Positions 1-12,270 of a DNA stretch of 64,000 bases are shown one piece after another. This stretch comes from Camelus ferus (lineage: Eukaryota): NCBI RefSeq assembly GCF_009834535.1, contig NC_045697.1, forward strand, positions 29,824,001-29,888,000. Direction: 5' to 3'. Both the position numbers and the translations under genes were made by a program. Under the pieces are notes generated by a model, which did not search any database, was not told where the DNA came from, and saw only the letters and a program-made list of their open reading frames with translations. How positions within the stretch are numbered: the first letter of the stretch is position 1; the number at the start of each line of letters is the position of its first letter.

Positions 1-504
1 TCATGCAAGACAGAAGGCATGCTCAAATAGGGGTGGCTGATAAGATTTTATTAAGAGATCATTAGCAAGAAGTCGCTAGGCCAGAAACCAGACTTGGCTG
101 GGGAAGCTTTTATCACCACTGGGCCTAGGGAAGTGGGACGGGACAAGAGGAGACCGGGAACCTTCAGAGAACCCAAGGAGAGGCCCCAGACAGAGTTGCA
201 GGCTTCAGCGGGGTGGTGTGGCCAATCCTCTAGCCTTTTGCAGCAAGAGGTAGCATAAGTATCCCCACTTCCCTCTCCTCCAGCCTGCTGACCTCCTGCG
301 TCCCTCCCATTAATGGAGCCTGGACTCACAGGTCAGCCTCCGAGATGAAGGGAGAGAGGCAATGGGAAGTTATTCAATACACTCTTCCCAGGTCACAGTT
401 TATCTTCTCCTTTTTTATCTTAACATAAATCACTCACCACAATTACCTTCTTTTGTTTTACTCCATTCCCTCTAGAATGTAATTATTTTGAGGGCTAGGA
501 CTTT

Positions 505-600
505 CAGTTCTTCCCTCCTTCCTCTTCCTCTCTCTTTTCTTTTCTTTTCTCCTCTCTTCCTCCCTTCCTTCATTCCTTCCTTCCTTCTTCCCCGCCCTCT
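505..600. repeat. Polypyrimidine (CT-rich) low-complexity tract upstream of the promoter
   Basis: ttcttccctccttcctcttcctctctcttttc... almost pure C/T on the + strand. Confidence 0.85.
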
Positions 601-1046
601 CCAGCTCTGGGCCCCCAGCGCCTACCTCAGTACCTGACGCACAGTAGGTGCACAATGAGGATGAGTTAAATCAATCAACAGACTGGGACACAGGTAGCTC
701 GCCTGGAGAGAAAAAGGTTCATAAGGGTCGTTTATCTTTTTTATTACAGAAAGATCAGGTGACTGACTGAACATCCGTGGCGCCGGGTCAGAGAGCTGCC
801 CCTCCTGCCCCTACTTCCGAGGCCGGGAGGGAGGGCGGCAGGTGCGGGCGGCCACTGCCCGGGTGCGGCAGCGCAGGCTCCCCCCGGGGACGCGTGCACA
901 CGACTCAGCGCGCGTCTCCCGAGTGCGGTCGCACCCGCTCGCCCCTCCGCAGCCAGCCGGGAGCGGGGACGTGAGGGGCGGCTCGCTTCGTCCCTCTCGC
1001 GGTGGCGTCCTGGGCAGGGAGGGAGACACCCAGTGCTCACTCTCTG

Positions 1047-1056
1047 TTATTTTTAG
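1047..1056 (-). promoter_or_regulatory. Candidate MEF2 site (CTAAAAATAA)
   Basis: TTATTTTTAG is the reverse complement of CTAAAAATAA, matching YTA(A/T)4TAR. It is an isolated AT patch inside the CpG island. Confidence 0.5.
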
Positions 1057-1366
1057 ACACCCCCGCCAGGGGTGGGGGCGGAGCAGGCAGAGAAGGTGGG
1101 GGGAGAGGGAGCTCCCGGCGCCTCGGCGCTCGCTCCCGCGGGGACTCTTGGCGCGGCCGAGCCGGGCGGCACTGGGAACAGCTGCGGCGGTGTCCTCGGC
1201 GGCAGCGCGGCGGCTCTCCTCCGGGACCTGTGCCGCGCGGGGGAGGGGCGGCAGGGGAGGGGAGAGCGGGCGGGCGGGAAGGGGCGGAGAGCGCGCTCCT
1301 GCGGCGGCGGTGGCGGCCGTCCTCATCCCGGCGGCCCAGCGCTCGAGTGGACGCGGGGCTTCGCAA

Positions 1367-1462
1367 ATGGCTTGTCCCGCTGTCGGTCTGGAATCTCTGC
1401 AGCCCCTGCAGCCCGAGCCGCCCCCCGAGCCTGCCTTCTCCGAGGCGCAGAAGTGGATCGAG
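1367..1462 (+). CDS. LIMCH1: LIM and calponin homology domains 1, first coding exon (start of CH domain)
   Basis: Translates to [32 protein letters not shown], nearly identical to the recalled human LIMCH1 N-terminus ([32 protein letters not shown]). 96 nt, followed by the canonical donor GAG|GTAAGG at 1463 (phase 0). Confidence 0.95.
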
Positions 1463-3169
1463 GTAAGGTGCCCGCGGCTGGCGGACGGCCTTGCAGGGGC
1501 GTCCAGAGCCACCGAGCCCTCCCCGCACACGGACGACAGGTCCAGCCTCGCCTCCCCCCACTTTCTTTTGCCAGCTGCTCCGGGTCCACCGCCAGGGCCT
1601 CGAGCAAGCTGCGACCCCCCAACGCTTTGGCGCTGGCGTCTCGGGCGAGGGTGGGCGCGAAGTATGGGGGTGGGGGGAACACTGCGGCTTAGCTGTGCGT
1701 GTGGCGGGCAGGAAGCGGTCCCCTTGCGCCTCCATCCCTCCTGCCTGCCAGCCGCGCAAATCTCAGCTCCTGCTGCTTCCAGGCGCTGCCAAGGGAAGCG
1801 CATTGCGAGCAGAAGTGCCGCAAAGGCGCAGGAGGAGCGAGACCCCAGAGTCCTTGCCGACGCCGCATTCCGGGGGTCCTGCTCCCGGTTCTACCTTCCG
1901 CCTCTTGGCCCCTACCTCCCGCCGTTCAGGAGCCGAGTTGTCCGCGTCTCCGCGGAAGCGCATACCTACTGGAGCCTCTGGCTGTATTTCTGGCACCGGG
2001 TCAGGTGTGAGGCTGCACAGCGCAGAGGGCCGGGGAGCCTGTAAGACCCACCTGTGAGCGCGCCATCCGCATAGATGTTGCCCAGCCATTGGCAGCCGCC
2101 ACTCCTTCCCAGAGGCGGCGGGTCGGGCTCCCTGGTGCCGGGTACTCGGCCCTGTTGGCATGTTTCGCTTCTTAAATGACTCAGTGGCAGGTCAGGGAAA
2201 TCACTGGAGCTCTCGGCTCAGTCCAGGAAGCGCTCGCTGGTAGATCCTGATTCTCGATGTCTATCTGTACATGCAGCTTGGTGGCCATGCGCTCCCGAAA
2301 TGACGTGGCTGCGGTGGTCAGGACGCTTGGAGGGCGCCAGGGGGGAAAGGTGACTCCCCTGTGATCTGTGCAATGAGCCTCTGTTTCGGCGGGCGGCCTT
2401 TCCTGAGGCTTGGTGGAAGGCTAATTTGACCCTCTTTTCCTCAGGGACAGGCAGCTCTCCCTCCCTGGTGGTTTGAAGAAAGAAATGTACCGCTAAGTCA
2501 TGATCCAGCAATGGTGAAGCCTGTTAGTACTCACGCTATCACTTAGAGACATCCCCCGTGACACCACACATCTGAATGCTGCTGGGGTAACAGAGCTGCG
2601 ATAGTGCAGATTTAAATCTGCTGAGCTGCCTGCGGGAACCAGTCTCACTTAGTACTGCTCTAATGCTCCAGCCAGAGGCCTGCACCTTACAGGGTTAACC
2701 TGCTTCATGCAAGCAGGAGTATTAGGCAGAGTTTAGAAACCTCTATTTAAAAACAGAGTTAAAGAAACAGAAGAATAAACCCGAGGCCCTATTGCTAAAA
2801 GCCCCAGTCACGTTTCTCATAATTTGATGGCTCATAACCAGATGAGAAAAAGACCTTGGCTTTTTATTTTTGATATGTGTGGCTGGCAAAGCTTGGGCTG
2901 TGACAGGTGCTTTCCCTGGGCTGCATACTTGGGCTCACAGGACACACAGGAGACATTTGTAGTTACTGGCTTGATTGAGAGTTGGGGAACTGTGTTTTTC
3001 ATGTTCTTAGAACTTAAAAATTCTCAGGAGAATTTTGGGTGTGGATGGTGGTGAGGGGAGGGTACAAGAGCAGAGCACTCTTACATTTCTCAAAGGCAAA
3101 TTCTCAAAGGCAAGTGGTTTATTCCCAGTGTCCTTAATTGTAAGTAACACTGAAGTACTCTAATTCAAA

Positions 3170-3300
3170 AAAATGTATTGTGGTGTAAGTTACAGACAGG
3201 AAAGTGCACAAATCTTAAGTGCACACCTCCATGAATTTTGACAATTGTATATGGTACTTCAGCCCCCACCTAGATCAAGATCTAAAACGCCTTCTTCCGC
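3170..3300 (-). mobile_element. Old L1 (L1ME/L1MC-like) 3' end fragment
   Basis: tattgtggtgtaagttacagac..aaagtgcacaaatcttaagtgcac..atgaattttgacaa resembles an ancient L1 3' terminus in reverse. Confidence 0.6.
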
Positions 3301-4504
3301 CCAGGTCACAGTCTTCTTTTAAGAGGTGGTCTGTTTTAGGCTAAATATTATACACTGCAGAATATCAGCTTTTGTCCTGGTTCCACGGATGTTAAAAAGA
3401 GAAGGGTTTCTTTAAGAAAGCAGAGCTGTGTTGAGCCCTATAGATAGTTGGGCATTATTCTTGATGCTTTACCAGGCCTACCAATTTGAGAATGTGGAAA
3501 CGTAAGGGGCAGTGCGTGGCTTTAGGACGAAGCAGCCCTAGCGCTTGGCGTGTGCATTATTGAAGCCGCCTATCTGCTTTCAATCTCCGAGTTGGGTTTC
3601 ATGGAAAGGCGAGCTTCCCCTCCCAGGCTGTATAAAAAGGTGTTTGCTCCAGGGAGAGATACAGACCGCCCCTCTTCCTTCCCGGTGGTTCCTCTTGAAA
3701 TGTAAATGCTGTGTCTGCAAACCAGGGGAACCCAGGAGCAGTAACAGATGGTTCTGCACGGAGTTGCCCTGTGAACAAAGATTCCTTGGCTAATACTGCA
3801 ATAATGTAGTACTTAGTGCGAACTGCATTCCCAGGGGGACTGTTATCTCGAGACAATTGCATCTCCTTTAGGGGCCCCATTGTCTTCAGCAACATCCTCA
3901 TTGGTAGGGCTTTGTTTTTCACTTTTGTTCAGTTGGTGATTTAATTTCCCACAGGCTTTTTTTTTTTTTCCTTTTTCTTGTGAGTAGTCAGGAATTTCAC
4001 CCTTTCAGAAAAATGTTCCCTTGGGTGCAGCAGGTTAATAAACAAACTTTGCAGCTTGTCTCTCCTCAGTCTCTGGTCTTCCTTGAGTCATGGATTGGCG
4101 AGAAAACTGTCCATTCTTAATAAAGGCTCGGGGAACAAGCTCCAGGAGATAACTCGTTAGTGAGGAATTTCGGCCTGCAGCCTTGGCTATTTGAGGCCTG
4201 AGTTACTGGGCAGGAAACTGTGGCCTGGGAACCGTGCCCCCACCTCACCCTGCCACCCAGCTTCTGCCTCAGCTGGCAAAGGTGAAAGCCTGATGGAGGT
4301 CACAGACTGGGTGGGAACAGTTCCCTCACACTTCCAGTGACTTTTTATAGCCGTAGGAGCAGGCTATGTGTCTTAATGTGGCTTTGGGGAGACTCCTGAA
4401 GGAAACAGTGAACTTCAAGTATTAACTCTGGCTACCAGCAGGCAGGGGCCTAGCTTCCTTCCACGTTCCTTGTCTGGAAGGCCTTCCTAAGCAAAGAGGC
4501 ATAA

Positions 4505-4810
4505 GTGCACCACAGTGGTTGAGAGGCCAGACTTTGGGGCTGGGCAGCCTGGCTTGGAATCCCAGGTCCACTGCCTTCTAGCTGGGTGACTTTGGACAGG
4601 CCACGTTACCACTCCTTTTGGTTCTGAATAGTTTCTTTGAAAGCTAGCTCTAGTTGTTAACAACAAAGAGATGCTCTTGAAAGCATCGGTAAAACAGGGG
4701 TGCCAATAATCGCTTACCTACCTCGAAGGAGTGCCGAGAAAATAAATAATACGTTTAAAATACTTAGAATAGTAGCACCCAGCATGTAGGAAGTGCTGCC
4801 TGAGTAATGG
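4505..4810 (+). mobile_element. MIR SINE (degraded)
   Basis: cctggcttggaatcccaggtccactgccttctagctgggtgactttggac...aaaatacttagaatagt matches the MIR core and tail. Confidence 0.65.
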
Positions 4811-6699
4811 TCATTATTATTATTACTGTCGCATTACTTCTGTATTCATACCACTACTACCACTACTACTGTCGTTCTACTGCCATCACCACTCTATTGT
4901 TACTACAGCTGATTTGGAAAGAAAATCTCCAGAACCCTGAGTTTCTTAGTGTAAAAAATACAATTCAGTTGTTTACTGATCTCTTTCTATTGTCTCACCT
5001 TATTAGCTTCAGATACCTAGACTAGAAGTTAAGGAGGTGCTCTATGTTATTCTAACTTGCATTAAAAGAGATTCAGGGATCAGAGGAAAACCAGTAATAC
5101 CTACTGATACAGTGATCCCGATAGTCCATTAAGGCTTAGAAAATTACTTCTCGATATCATGTTGGATATTTAAGTTTAATGCATAGTCTTTGTTATCAAA
5201 CTGTAAGCAGAATGCTCAATTCCTCTCTTCTTGTGGACAATCCAGCATTAAATCATTATACAAATGGTGGTTGTCTGAATATTCCTCTCAGTGTAGCAGT
5301 GTTTTGTTCATTGGAGTTGTGTCAACTCCCTCTAGGATAACTAAGAATAACTCCCCCATTTATTTTCCTTCCTCCTTCCACCCTTCTTTTTTCTTTTTCA
5401 TTTTTTTCCTCCCCGTGATGGTATTTATTGAGTTACAGGACTTTGTTAGCAGGTAGATGATTCTAATTTTCTTGGCACCCCCCCACCTCTGCCTCTCCAC
5501 CCACAACAATATTTATCTGTTCTAATCTGTATTTCTTCTCTGCAATGTTTCTGGAGAAACAGATGTCGCTTCAACTTGGTTTCAGTTGTGATTTGGAACA
5601 AGTTGCCAGGCCTTTAGGGAGGGGTTGGAAATTTCAACCCAAGTCGGCCTTACTTCTACTTGAGACATTTCTGGACTCCTTTAACTTTAATCATAGCATA
5701 CCTGTGGGGCTTGGTGGTGAATATCATCTCGTTTGTGACCTAATGCATATTTCACATGAATGGGAGCTAGTGCTGGAAGGGATCAGTTCATCATTTCGGG
5801 TCATTTCCCCCTGCTCACATAGAACGGTTTTCTTACTCAACTGAGACCTGATTTTGAAGATTTAAAGCACCAAGGGTACCTTAGTTCTCCAAGACTGAGA
5901 GCTGTTGTATTGTTCGGCAATTGGAAGAATTTATATGCAGCCTTTGAGAGAATCTAGCATTTAGTGGCCAGTTACATATGACATTTGGGATGTAATGACG
6001 AATGAACATATGCCGTAAGTTATGTAGTCATTCCAATTCTCCTTTTCTGTCAGTACTTGATGACTCATATCTTTTTACTGCAACCAGGATTTAACTTTGC
6101 ATCTGGTTCTCCAGCTCTGCATGGAGAGCCAGGGAAGGGGAAGAAAAACTTTTCTGGCTAGATCAAGAAAGGAGTAGTAGTCTGAATAGATATGTAAATG
6201 AGAGGAGGCAGCATCTTTCTCACAATGACATTTAAATAGTCTGGCTTGTTTGTATACAGGGCTGCTATGACACAATGCTGTCACATGGTTGGAGAACAGT
6301 GAGGTCCCACAGATTTGGGGAAAGAGGAAGTGGAATGGGAGGTGGAGCTGGCTCTTCTCGCCCCAGCATCTCCCTGGAAACTGAGTTTGCATCAGGCAAG
6401 CTCCAAATCGGCAGGCAGACTGAGCTCTGGCCACCAAGAGGGGGTAGGGTAGAGCATATGTCCCCAGCAACTGGATCTCTGGGCCCCCTGCTCTCTGCTG
6501 ATGGATGACAATGGAGCCATGATGCAGACATCTGTTTGGTGACTCTGGGTGGCAGTCAGTGCTAGGTGGGACCAGGCAGCCCCTGGAAATTGGCCTGGCC
6601 TTCTTCTTTTGCTTTGGACTGTTCTGACACTTAAAAGTGTCATAGCTAGGGGTAACATGATAATGGTAATGATGGTGATGAAACTGATGCTCGTGATGA

Positions 6700-7010
6700 T
6701 AAAAGCTGATATATTTTGAGTGCTTACTACATGTCAGACACAGGGTGAAAAAGTCAAGGTAGGCATTAAACCCTTGTAAGTTAGTACTGTTATTCCCCCA
6801 TTTACAGGTGAGAAAATATCTTGCCCAAAGTAAGTGGCAAAACCAGGACTTTCATCGAAGGTATCCTTTCTCAACTTCTCCAAATATATCCAGATATCCA
6901 AAATTTGTAGCTGAAGACATTGGGGCTTCCAGGAATTGGGAGATTTGCCCAGGGTCACCTAGCCAGGAGGTACTTGTTAGAGTCAGGGTTCGAACCCAGG
7001 CTGTCCTTGT
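6700..7010 (-). mobile_element. MIR SINE fragments
   Basis: tattccccatttacaggtgagaaaa and atttgcccagggtcacctagcc...gggttcgaacccaggctgtc. Confidence 0.65.
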
Positions 7011-7853
7011 TATCTGATCTCTTGTATTGTTTCCTACATTTAGGATCATGTGTGAAAATTCCTGTAAGGACTGAGCTTTCTGTTCCTGCGACTGTGCAGA
7101 GGTGCCCCCCACCCCCGCCTTTTTGTGGAGGTCTGACATGGATTTCAAGCTGCAGCTCCCTAGACTGTTCTCCATAGTTTGTACCTTTCCACTGCCAGGA
7201 CTGAGGGGCCGTCCTCACCGGGACAGACCATTACGTTGAGGGGTGTATGTGTGTGGAGGGGGCAGGAAACCAAGTAGGCAGTGCTACCAAGGTGCTCAGG
7301 CAGGAGGAATCAGGCTCCACACCTTTGCTGGTTGCCTTCAGACCTCACTTTGCTAAGACGGAACTGGGCACTGGAGTTGTCTGTGGTACAGAGAATCCTG
7401 TCCTAGAACCCGGTTTCTGTCTCCTGTTACTGCCATAGCCCCCAGTCATTTTCTTCAAGTTTTATTAGGGCAAATGGCCTGTAGGTAAATAATTACTTTA
7501 AAACAATTTTTGAAGCATCCTGATTCATTAGCATATGATTCCTTAAGAGAACAGATATTCTAGAATATTATATTTTTATGATATTAGGGCCCATGGCTCT
7601 CTGGTTACAGTTTTATCTCCAGTGGTTTTTCCATACAGGGATGAATAAATGCATAGCCCACGTGTGCTTTAGCATTTTCTAGTGGAGGAGGTGAGAGGGT
7701 GCATTATTCCATACTTTACGTTCCCCAGACAGTTTAAGCAAAGACCTACCACTCGTGGGATCTCTTTTGTGCTCCAAATATGGGTGCAAAGGGCTGTCTC
7801 TTCCCTGTGCTGGTGCTGATCTGTTTAAGTGCTGTTGGCACATCCGTCTGAGG

Positions 7854-7902
7854 CCTTTACCAAAGCTCCTTCACCTTTACCTAAGCTCCTTCACCTTTAC
7901 CT
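7854..7902. repeat. 20-bp tandem duplication (~2.4 copies)
   Basis: cctttaccaaagctccttca / cctttacctaagctccttca / cctttacct. Confidence 0.9.
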
Positions 7903-9499
7903 GAGAGTTCTCCCATCTGGACAAGATCTCATCTGGGAACAGTTTTGTTGTTGAGTTCAGCCAAGAGACAGGTCCTTCCAAGAGATGAGATTGGCGGCTT
8001 CTCCTGCAGGTATCCTGGTCCCATCCCAAAGAGCTGAAGGGTCTGAACAAAGTAGCTTTGTGACTGCTGGGAATCCTGGCTTGTCGTCGGCACCCCTGTT
8101 GCCTACAGTCCAGTTAACCCCAGTCATTTTGGCCTTTAGTTTCATGATTGAGGACTGAATCAATTAACACTGGTTGATTTTTGACTAAACTGCTCCCAAT
8201 GAAGCTAGATTTTTTTTTTTTTTGGTTTTTTTTTTGAAGCTCAGTTCACTCTTCTGTGATTTAGAAAAACATGCAATTCAATTTTATAATATTTCCTCTT
8301 ATTTGTTCCTAAGAATGTGTGTGTGTTTACTTTTGAAGCAAAGGAAAAGTATCAGATAGGGTATTTTGAGGGGAGGGAAAAAGATGGGGAATCTTTGAGG
8401 GGTAGGGTAGGAAAAAGGATGACATTAGTGCAGTCAAATGAGAAAAGAAAAGCATAATAGAACTTTGTTTTTAAGTGGTTGGGAAATATAAAAATAGCCT
8501 AAACTAGAGGGTTACTAGATGATACAGGAAAAAAAAATAGTCCTTAAAAAAAAGAATGAGAGAATGATTGGAAAGACTTCTGCCTGGACACAGGGAGATG
8601 TTATATCTCTCTCTCTGCAAGGAAGAATGATGTCGTGGAGTTGAGTTCTGCTGTGGTAAAATTCCATGTTTGCAGTATTGAAAGCAACACTCCCAAAGAG
8701 AAGTCCTCCTGCAGCTAACCCTGATGGAGTGACGTCGTATCTCAGGGAATTTTCTTTGGTATAAAGGGAAGAAACAAAGTGATGCAGTCATACAACATGC
8801 ACCTAAGGAAGCTCTCGGCTACACCTTTCCCCGCTAAACTTACACTCCCAGCAGAACTGAAGCCTTTTATCTATGGGGGGACCTTAAGGATAAAATATTG
8901 GTTAGGCTGAGAAAGCTCCGTGTTGCCATGGCTCTGCATTCCGACTATGCCAGTTGCTCTGGTACAGCCATTGTAGGAGGCAGCTCAGCCTCCTGGTCAA
9001 CCTTGGAAGTTAGTGGTGTACCCCACCCATCTATCCCTAAATAGCCCATTAGGATGCCATGTAAGAATAGACCTGCACTTGTTTTTGTTTTGAATAAAGG
9101 TCAAGGACAGAAGGGCTTCTGGCTTTTTCATTTTCACATCCCCATATTGTTATTAAAAAGTCCTCAGCCTAATTTTTTTTTTTTTAACCAAAAGAGTGCA
9201 TCAAGTGAGGAATTGAAGTTACATTTATTGTGGAGCAGACAGCTCTCTTTTCCTCTCCTAAGAAATATTTCCACAAAAAATGATACTCAGACAATTATTT
9301 TATTCTAATGGGAAACTGAATGAAGGCTAGGATAGGCTCCATCAAATGGTTTAAAATACGGAAGTAATTATTTGAAATGCTTGGCTTTCACTCACTTGTA
9401 AGTTCACTTCAGTGTAAACGCTAAAAATAAGCATGAATAGTGAAAACAAGCATTGATGGGTGAAAGCATTTTAAACAAATTTTAAAATTCATCTCCTGA

Positions 9500-9780
9500 A
9501 AAGTGTTTACTAAGCTCCAACAATGTTCCAGGCACAGTGCTGAGAACCAAGGTTAGATGACCAACAAGATAAGCATAATTCCTGCCCACCTGAAGTGCAC
9601 ATGTAGTGGTGGTGGCGGCGGGTGGGGGGGGGTGCTTAGACAGTAAATTCATAATAACAAATTGGGATAAGTGCTATGCAGACAAAGCATGGGGGACTTA
9701 AGAGAGAAGAACTCTAGGCAGACAGGGGCTCATAGTAAAAGTAATATTTAGGCTAAGACCATCGAAGGGTGCTGAGCAGG
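9500..9780 (-). mobile_element. L2 LINE 3' fragment
   Basis: tttactaagctcc..atgttccaggcacagtgctgag..agacagtaaa..gataagtgctatg is typical of a reversed L2 3' end. Confidence 0.6.
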
Positions 9781-10343
9781 GGAATTAGATTGATGCTAAT
9801 TTATTTAGATAAGGGCTTGCGTGTATACACAACACATGCTTTTATTGTGACTATGTTTTGAGAAAAGCATAATCACTCTTAAAGTTCTCCAGCTGTATTG
9901 AAGGTGTAGTGGAGGGCAGGGAAGGGAGCTGAGTGAGAAGTTCTGGAATATTCTTGCAGGCCACTCAAAGTGGGGTTTGCATGATGCTGTACTGCTTAGG
10001 GCCAAGGCACAAATTGAGCCCCTCTTCCAGGAGAAATGGCAAGGAGGACTTTGAAATTTACTTTTGAGCCTGGACTCCAGGATTAAAATTCGTACACCAA
10101 TTTGGGGCTGCAGAGGCTGCACTCCACTCTGAAGTAAGAGGGGACCTGCCTGCTTTTCAGTGAGTGAGCAGAGCAATTTTGTGTGAGACTTTGATTGGTG
10201 ACCCACAGATGTCCTCTGATTTGGGAACTTGCCACCCCAATTCTTCTAAAAGAAGGTGCTTTATAAACTAATAAAGTCACATGTCATTTGGAAGCCCCCT
10301 AAGTTGTAAACTCAGGAGGTCGGTCTGTAACTTAGGTTTCTTT

Positions 10344-10484
10344 CCTTTTTTAAAAAAATTATTTTTTTTAGAGGGGATTAGGTTTATTTTATTTATTTAT
10401 TATTTTTAGTGGAGGTACTGGGGATTGAACCCAGGACGTCCTTCATGCTAAGCATGCACTCTACCACTAAGCTATACCTTCCCC
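10344..10484 (-). mobile_element. Camelid Vic-1-type tRNA-Ala-derived SINE with 13-bp TSD
   Basis: Reverse strand reads GGGGAAGGTATAGCTTAGTGGTAGAGTGCATGCTTAGCATG..CTGGGTTCAATCCCCAGTACCTCCA plus an A-rich tail. TSD cttaggtttcttt at 10331-10343 and 10485-10497. Confidence 0.88.
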
Positions 10485-10539
10485 CTTAGGTTTCTTTTAA
10501 TACTCAAACCCACCATCTCTAGAGGACCCCCCCCCCCCC

Positions 10540-10790
10540 ACCTCATGGTACAATATGGCTGCTAGAGATTCATCATCACATCACCTTTCCAGGAAGCAAG
10601 ATGGAGGAAGGGAAAATGAAGAGTGCTTCCTTCCCTTATAAGATGACTTTTAGAAATTTCTTCCTGACACTTCTGCTTCTGTTTTATTGCCCAGAATTTC
10701 AATGACATGGCCACTCCTGACTGCAGGGGGAGCATGCAATGTTCCCAGGTTATAATCTAGGTTCTGTTCCTCAGGAGAAAGGGGAGAATG
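10540..10790 (-). mobile_element. MaLR LTR fragment (MLT1J/K-like)
   Basis: aatatggctgct..acttctgcttctgttttattgcccagaa..gacatggccactcctgactgcagggg. Confidence 0.55.
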
Positions 10791-12119
10791 GCGGTTGAGT
10801 TAGGGGCACCATGGAATGCCCTTTCTCCACTTCTCCAGGGACAAATCCTTTTGAGACAGGGCTTAAATATGACTGCCTCTGAGGCAGACTCCCTGATTTC
10901 TCTAAGCTGCTAATCCTCCCTTCTCTGTGCACACCTGACATTTAGTATTCACCTCTGTTAGAAAGTTGTCATATTTCATTGCAATGAATATGTGGCTGCT
11001 TGGGATTTGCCTACTTTGATAAACCCCAGAGCTCTCGTGGCCAAGGTCTGGGTCTTAGTGATTGTCCCTCTCTCCCTCGGTTTATTCACTCCGCTCCCGG
11101 TCCAGGTCCCAGAGCCACATTCCCCCCTGCCTGAGAGATTCCTCAGTGAATCTGTGCCCAGCAGCTACAATCGCCTGATTGGCACTTGGACTGTTCAGTG
11201 GCAGAGAAAATAGACTCTGTTGCTGCCCTGACAGGAAGCAAAGTGTTTTTATTTTTTTTAAAGACTGATTAAAAAAAGCAGTTTACCCAGTAGTCGCCTG
11301 GAGACAGTCAGTGATTGGACACTTGGAAAGTGATTCTGCTGTTGGCTGTTGGGCAGGTGGCATCAGCTGAAGGAATTATTTAGGTGGCCACCCTTCCCCT
11401 CAGGTTAGACTGGTGCAGGGCTCACTATGCTTGCAGTTCCTGTCTGCAGGGTTGGAGAGCAAACACCTTTCTTTAAGTAAACATGCTCCCCAGCATTCTG
11501 CACCGGGACTCTCACCTCCTTCTCTCCCCCTCACCTGTTGGAGGAGTCCAGTTAAGAAGAAAGCATGGAGGAATCTTATTGGAGTGGTCATCTGCATGAG
11601 TTCTTATTAGATAGATATTTTTAGAAGGACAATACCCCACAAAGACTAATGACCAGCAGGTGGTATTAATAAGTGACTATGGTTATGGTCACTCGTTGTC
11701 ATGACCCAATGGAAACACTGAGAAACGGTATCCTCTTTGCCCTTCCTACAAAAGATTAAAAAAAAAGAGCTTGTGGAGTTGAGTGCTGTTATCAACCAAC
11801 AGACGTGGTTGCTGCCTGCTTCCTCAGGAACCTTGCAAGATGTCATATATAGAGGTGGGGGCGACAAGTGGAAGCCTGATTCCTCATGTTGCAAGAGTTG
11901 ACGGGATGTGATAAAGTAAAGTGATTAGGTGGCTAGCTCAGTGCCAAATAAAAATAATAATAGTTAATATAGCACACTTCCAGAGCCCTTATGATGTGAT
12001 GGTGCTAGTCTAGGTGCTTGAGATAATATACTATAATAAAATATAACATAATATAATGTATATAATATACATTATATATATATATATATAAACCTAGCAC
12101 TGTGTCTGGCAGATAAGCA

Positions 12120-12270
12120 CCATTTTATGCCCATTTTACATGACGGGAAAAGTGGAGCACAGAAATGTTAACTTGCCTGAAGTCACATAGTTAATACGTG
12201 GCATAGCTGGGATTTGAACACAGGCAATTTTGTTCCAGAGCCTGAGCTTGGGCTGGTGACTGCTATTCTC
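12120..12270 (-). mobile_element. MIR SINE fragment, preceded by an AT-rich (TA)n patch near 12020-12090
   Basis: cccattttacatgacgggaaaagtggagcacaga..aacttgcctgaagtcacatag..gctgggatttgaac. Confidence 0.7.

Larger units (their letters stand above)
775..2400. promoter_or_regulatory. CpG island / GC-rich promoter spanning LIMCH1 exon 1 and the start of intron 1
   Basis: Very high GC and dense CpG compared with the AT-rich, CpG-poor remainder. Multiple GGGCGG GC boxes. Surrounds the first coding exon. Boundaries estimated by eye. Confidence 0.9.

Noticed and set aside
744..2161. Many long overlapping ORFs (up to 400 aa) on both strands, including read-through 1367-2044
   Set aside because: Stop-poor GC-rich CpG island with Ala/Arg/Gly/Pro-rich translations. 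Only 1367-1462 matches a known protein and ends at a canonical donor.
6428..6450. CTCF-like motif ggccaccaagagggggtag
   Set aside because: About three mismatches to the core consensus; not supportable without ChIP data.
10409..10485. tRNA-Ala(AGC)-like sequence (similar heads at ~43685-43761, anticodon altered to GAC, and ~63671-63747)
   Set aside because: These are SINE heads: broken stems, shared 3' tail and A-rich end, and flanking TSDs for two of them. Not tRNA genes.
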